From the NCBI GenBank assembly GCA_964187785.1, contig OZ076413.1:50904001-50968000 (forward strand): a stretch of 64,000 nucleotides of DNA. Reading direction: 5' to 3'. A model generated the notes under the pieces. It ran no database searches. It was given only the letters and a program-made list of their open reading frames with translations, and was not told the origin of the DNA. Below, one piece after another: positions 61,090 through 64,000 of this stretch. Within the stretch, counting starts at the first letter, position 1, and the number at the start of each line of letters is the position of its first letter. The DNA comes from Amphiscolops sp. MND2022 (taxonomy: Eukaryota). Position numbers and translations under genes: made by a program.

Positions 61090-61805
61090 AACAAGCCGGG
61101 ACCGGCCCAAGTCGGCGCCATATCCAAGGCTCAAAAATAGCAAAAAGACTTCCAAGTGTCAAGTACTCTTTTACAGTACTCGAAAATCGAAATTTTTTGA
61201 AAAAAAAATTTTCGAAAAAATTACATAGTCAAAAAAATGGACCGAGTGGCGCGCCGGGGCTCGCTAGCGCGAGCCCCTGGCGCGCTAAAGTCTCACAATG
61301 CCGAAAAACTGAAAGGGGGACCCTTTGAGGTTTTTCAACATCCATTCTGTCGCAAAACATGAAAAAATTGAAGAAAAAATTTTTTTTCATTTTCGGGAAA
61401 AAAATCTCAATGCCGAAAAAAACTGAAAGGGGGGACCCTTTGAGGTTTTTCAACATCCATTCTGTCGCATAACATCAAAAAAATGCAGGGGGGGACCCTT
61501 TGGGGAAAAAAATTTCGAAAAAAAAATTCCGAAAAAAAATGTCTCGCAGTGCCGAAAAAAAATGAAAGGGGAGTCTCTTTGGACTCTGAAACAGGTAAAA
61601 CCATTTTGGTTCAGTTCGCTAGACCAAATAGTGCATTTTGGTGCAATAATATTTTGTAGAACTTTTGTAGAACTATTTTGGTCAGTTCGTGTGGATAGAA
61701 AAAAAAGAGTCACTATAATAGTCGCGTTTCACTTCATGAAGCGCCGACTAAAAAAAGAGTCACTATAATAGTCGCGTTTCACTTCATGAAGCGCCGACTA
61801 AAAAA
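61090..61805 (-). mobile_element. HINE-like repeat, full length, with a duplicated terminus
   Basis: AACAAG-hairpin-AGTCGGCGCC at one end and GCGCCGACTAAAAA at the other, with internal tandem units and an exact 50-bp duplication at 61701-61800. Confidence 0.85.
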
Positions 61806-62148
61806 GCCAATAGTGAGCATCTACATACGAAAAGTTTTGTTCATTTCCTACAGTTATCGCTTTTTACGGAAGTTCAGATGCGGCATTCCAGTTATCGATT
61901 GATTTAGGCCGTATGAGTCAACTGTAATATTCCAATAATCCCGTTGTTAAACATCTAAACTTGAATCGACACCCAAAAGTCTGTTCTTGGTGACTATTTG
62001 ATTCTAGAATTGAGCACTTGAGTGACTTGAAGTTTTCCCTTTGGTGCTCTTCTCCAATTCAGAACAGAGCTAGGATGTCTACAAAACTATATTCTCATTT
62101 CGCACTGTAAATGTATATCTACATCCATAAATCATCGCTTAGGTTGTT

Positions 62149-62359
62149 TCAAAAAAGTACAGTAGTTTTTTGTTTGGGTATGTCTAAAATGACGTCATCA
62201 TCTGGCTGGCATATGGTCTGTTTACGGAACAGTTCCGGATATAGCACAGACCGCACGTTAGAGGTTGGCTTCTGTAATCTTTCCTTGATGTCTGTCTTGA
62301 GATGTTTCGTCTCTGCTTCCAACAGTCGGATTTCTAGTTTCAGTTTCTCGATATTATAC
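62149..62359 (-). CDS. Possible terminal exon of a convergent gene (short coiled coil)
   Basis: TTGCTTTAG acceptor followed by YNIEKLKLEIRLLEAETKHLKTDIKERLQ...; no family recognised. Confidence 0.35.
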
Positions 62360-62597
62360 CTAAAGCAACAAGGCCGTGAAAGCATCTAGCTTCAGATTTG
62401 GTTTCATCTGGTTGTTATCGGAGTGGACAGTCTACTTAAATGCACAAACACTATACTGTAGTCTCTAACATGATGCTGACAAAGTAATAAATGCTGCCGA
62501 AAGACACTAACTAAATGTCTGTGTTCACTGAAATATCGAAACTGACGTGGCCTATTTTCTTGGGTTGTTCTATCGTTGAACTATCTTCGTCTTGTTA

Positions 62598-63237
62598 TTT
62601 TTAGTCGGCGCATTTCCTTTAAGGAAAAAAGCCCGACTATTACAGTGGCTAGTTTTTTTTTTTTTTTTTCGTCAGACCACAGAGCTCATCGCGTATGTAC
62701 CACTTTTTACAGAAACTGATAAGTTCACTCAGGCCAAGTTCCACCAATGCAAACTTACTGCAAAGGGTCCCCCCTTTCGTTTTTTACCTTTTTTACGTAA
62801 CCTACAAAACCGGAAGACTCCAAAGGGTCCCCCCTTTCAATTTTTTTTCGGCACTGTGCGAATTTTTTTTTCGAAAATTTTTAATTTTTCAAAAGAGTCC
62901 CCCCTTCGGATTTTCTGATATTTTGCAACAAAAAGTATGTTAATGAATCCCAAAGGGTCCCCCCTTTTCATTTTTCGGCACTATGCGACGTTTTCGAAGT
63001 TTTTTCAAAAAAAAATTTTCAAAAAAAAATTTTTCAAAAAATTTTTCAAATTTTTTTTTGTTTCCAGTCGAGTCGGGAAAAGTGATTTTCCAGTCATATC
63101 GAGCATGAAAGGCACACTTTGGGTGTCTCGAAAGTGTTTTCAAAGCTTTTCATGAATACATCCTGGGCATATTTAGAAAACTCTGAGCTTTTTGAGCCTT
63201 AGATATGGCGCCGACTTTAGACGTTCCCGTCTTGTTC
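62598..63237 (+). mobile_element. HINE-like repeat, full length
   Basis: 5' TTTTAGTCGGCGC...GCCCGACTA palindrome; 3' subTIR GCGCCGACT, hairpin AGACG-TTCC-CGTCT, and a CTTGTT end. Confidence 0.87.
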
Positions 63238-63362
63238 ATCTATAAGGTGGAAGATTTTTGAAAAGCTGGAAGCCTACTTCAGTAGCACAAGCGCGGTGCT
63301 ATTTTTTCAGGTTGTGTACATTTACTGAAAACGTGTATGGACTACTCTGTAGTGCATCATTA

Positions 63363-63690
63363 CCGGGGGTGGGTTAAAATTCGAAGGGAGTCTCAAGAAT
63401 TTCTCAACGTCAAATAAAGGCGGGATCAAAAACAACCTGAACTCATGAAAAACTTAACGCAAGAGTATTCGAATTTATAACACTACATCTATAAATCAAA
63501 TCAAACTGAGTTGCACAGAATGAAACGTTAGTTTGAAATGTTCCGATTTCGAATTTTTCGGCGTTCTTGATTGATATCTTGATTTGTCAGGAGTTCGAAT
63601 CCAAGTCTGGACGTAGTTTTTTTGAAAGCAGGGGTGTTCATTTTTAGAGGTCCATTATTTTTGGGTCCGAACAGTAGTAGGTACCCCCGG
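63363..63690. mobile_element. Short TIR element with TA flanks (Tc1/mariner/pogo-like MITE)
   Basis: TA|CCGGGGGT ... ACCCCCGG|TA. The recognisable TIR is short. Confidence 0.5.
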
Positions 63691-64000
63691 TAATTAAGCA
63701 CTGCAGAGTAGCAATGGTTTGCTGAGAGCTCTCTGACTGCCTTCAAAATAGTGAGAGCAGAAGAATGTCATTATAACTTACTAGTATTCTTTGTTCAAGT
63801 GATCTGTTCATTACTCAAGAAACAAAGTTTATAGTTCAAATGTTAGATGATTCCATTGAAGCTCACCGGGTTTGCCATTTTGCTAACATCAAACCTTAAA
63901 CTTGTTCTGTAAAATCTGTGTGAAATTAGATGATTTACTTGTAGAAATTTTCTAACCTATCTCTAAAAACTATTTGGAACTGAAAGATATACTTCCTAAA

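Noticed and set aside
63862..63885. ATGGCAAACCCG|GTGAG as a first exon for the 62149-62359 exon
   Set aside because: The splice phases are incompatible (0 versus 2) without an unseen middle exon.

Overview
AT-rich, intron-containing animal genomic DNA, mostly nested transposable-element debris. The species cannot be determined from the sequence alone. The one clearly recognisable host gene is GEMIN5 (6 coding exons, + strand, 52249-60483, 1340 aa if spliced as predicted). Mobile content: a decayed Ty3/Gypsy element (- strand, 7647-15453); a 2.5-kb solo LTR; decayed APE-type LINEs; a nearly intact CR1/L2-type LINE whose ORF1 and ORF2 are in one frame with a 2A (StopGo) motif between them; a Penelope-like element with a PHD finger inserted inside its RT domain and a degenerate hammerhead-like 3' motif; many Helentron-associated (HINE-like) repeats; several MITEs; and three local tandem duplications. 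The two most unusual observations are (i) Mutator-like MITEs that share a conserved 150-180 bp core but carry unrelated terminal repeat arrays, and (ii) the PHD-in-RT Penelope element. Coordinates were read by eye and may be off by a few bases where ends are decayed.
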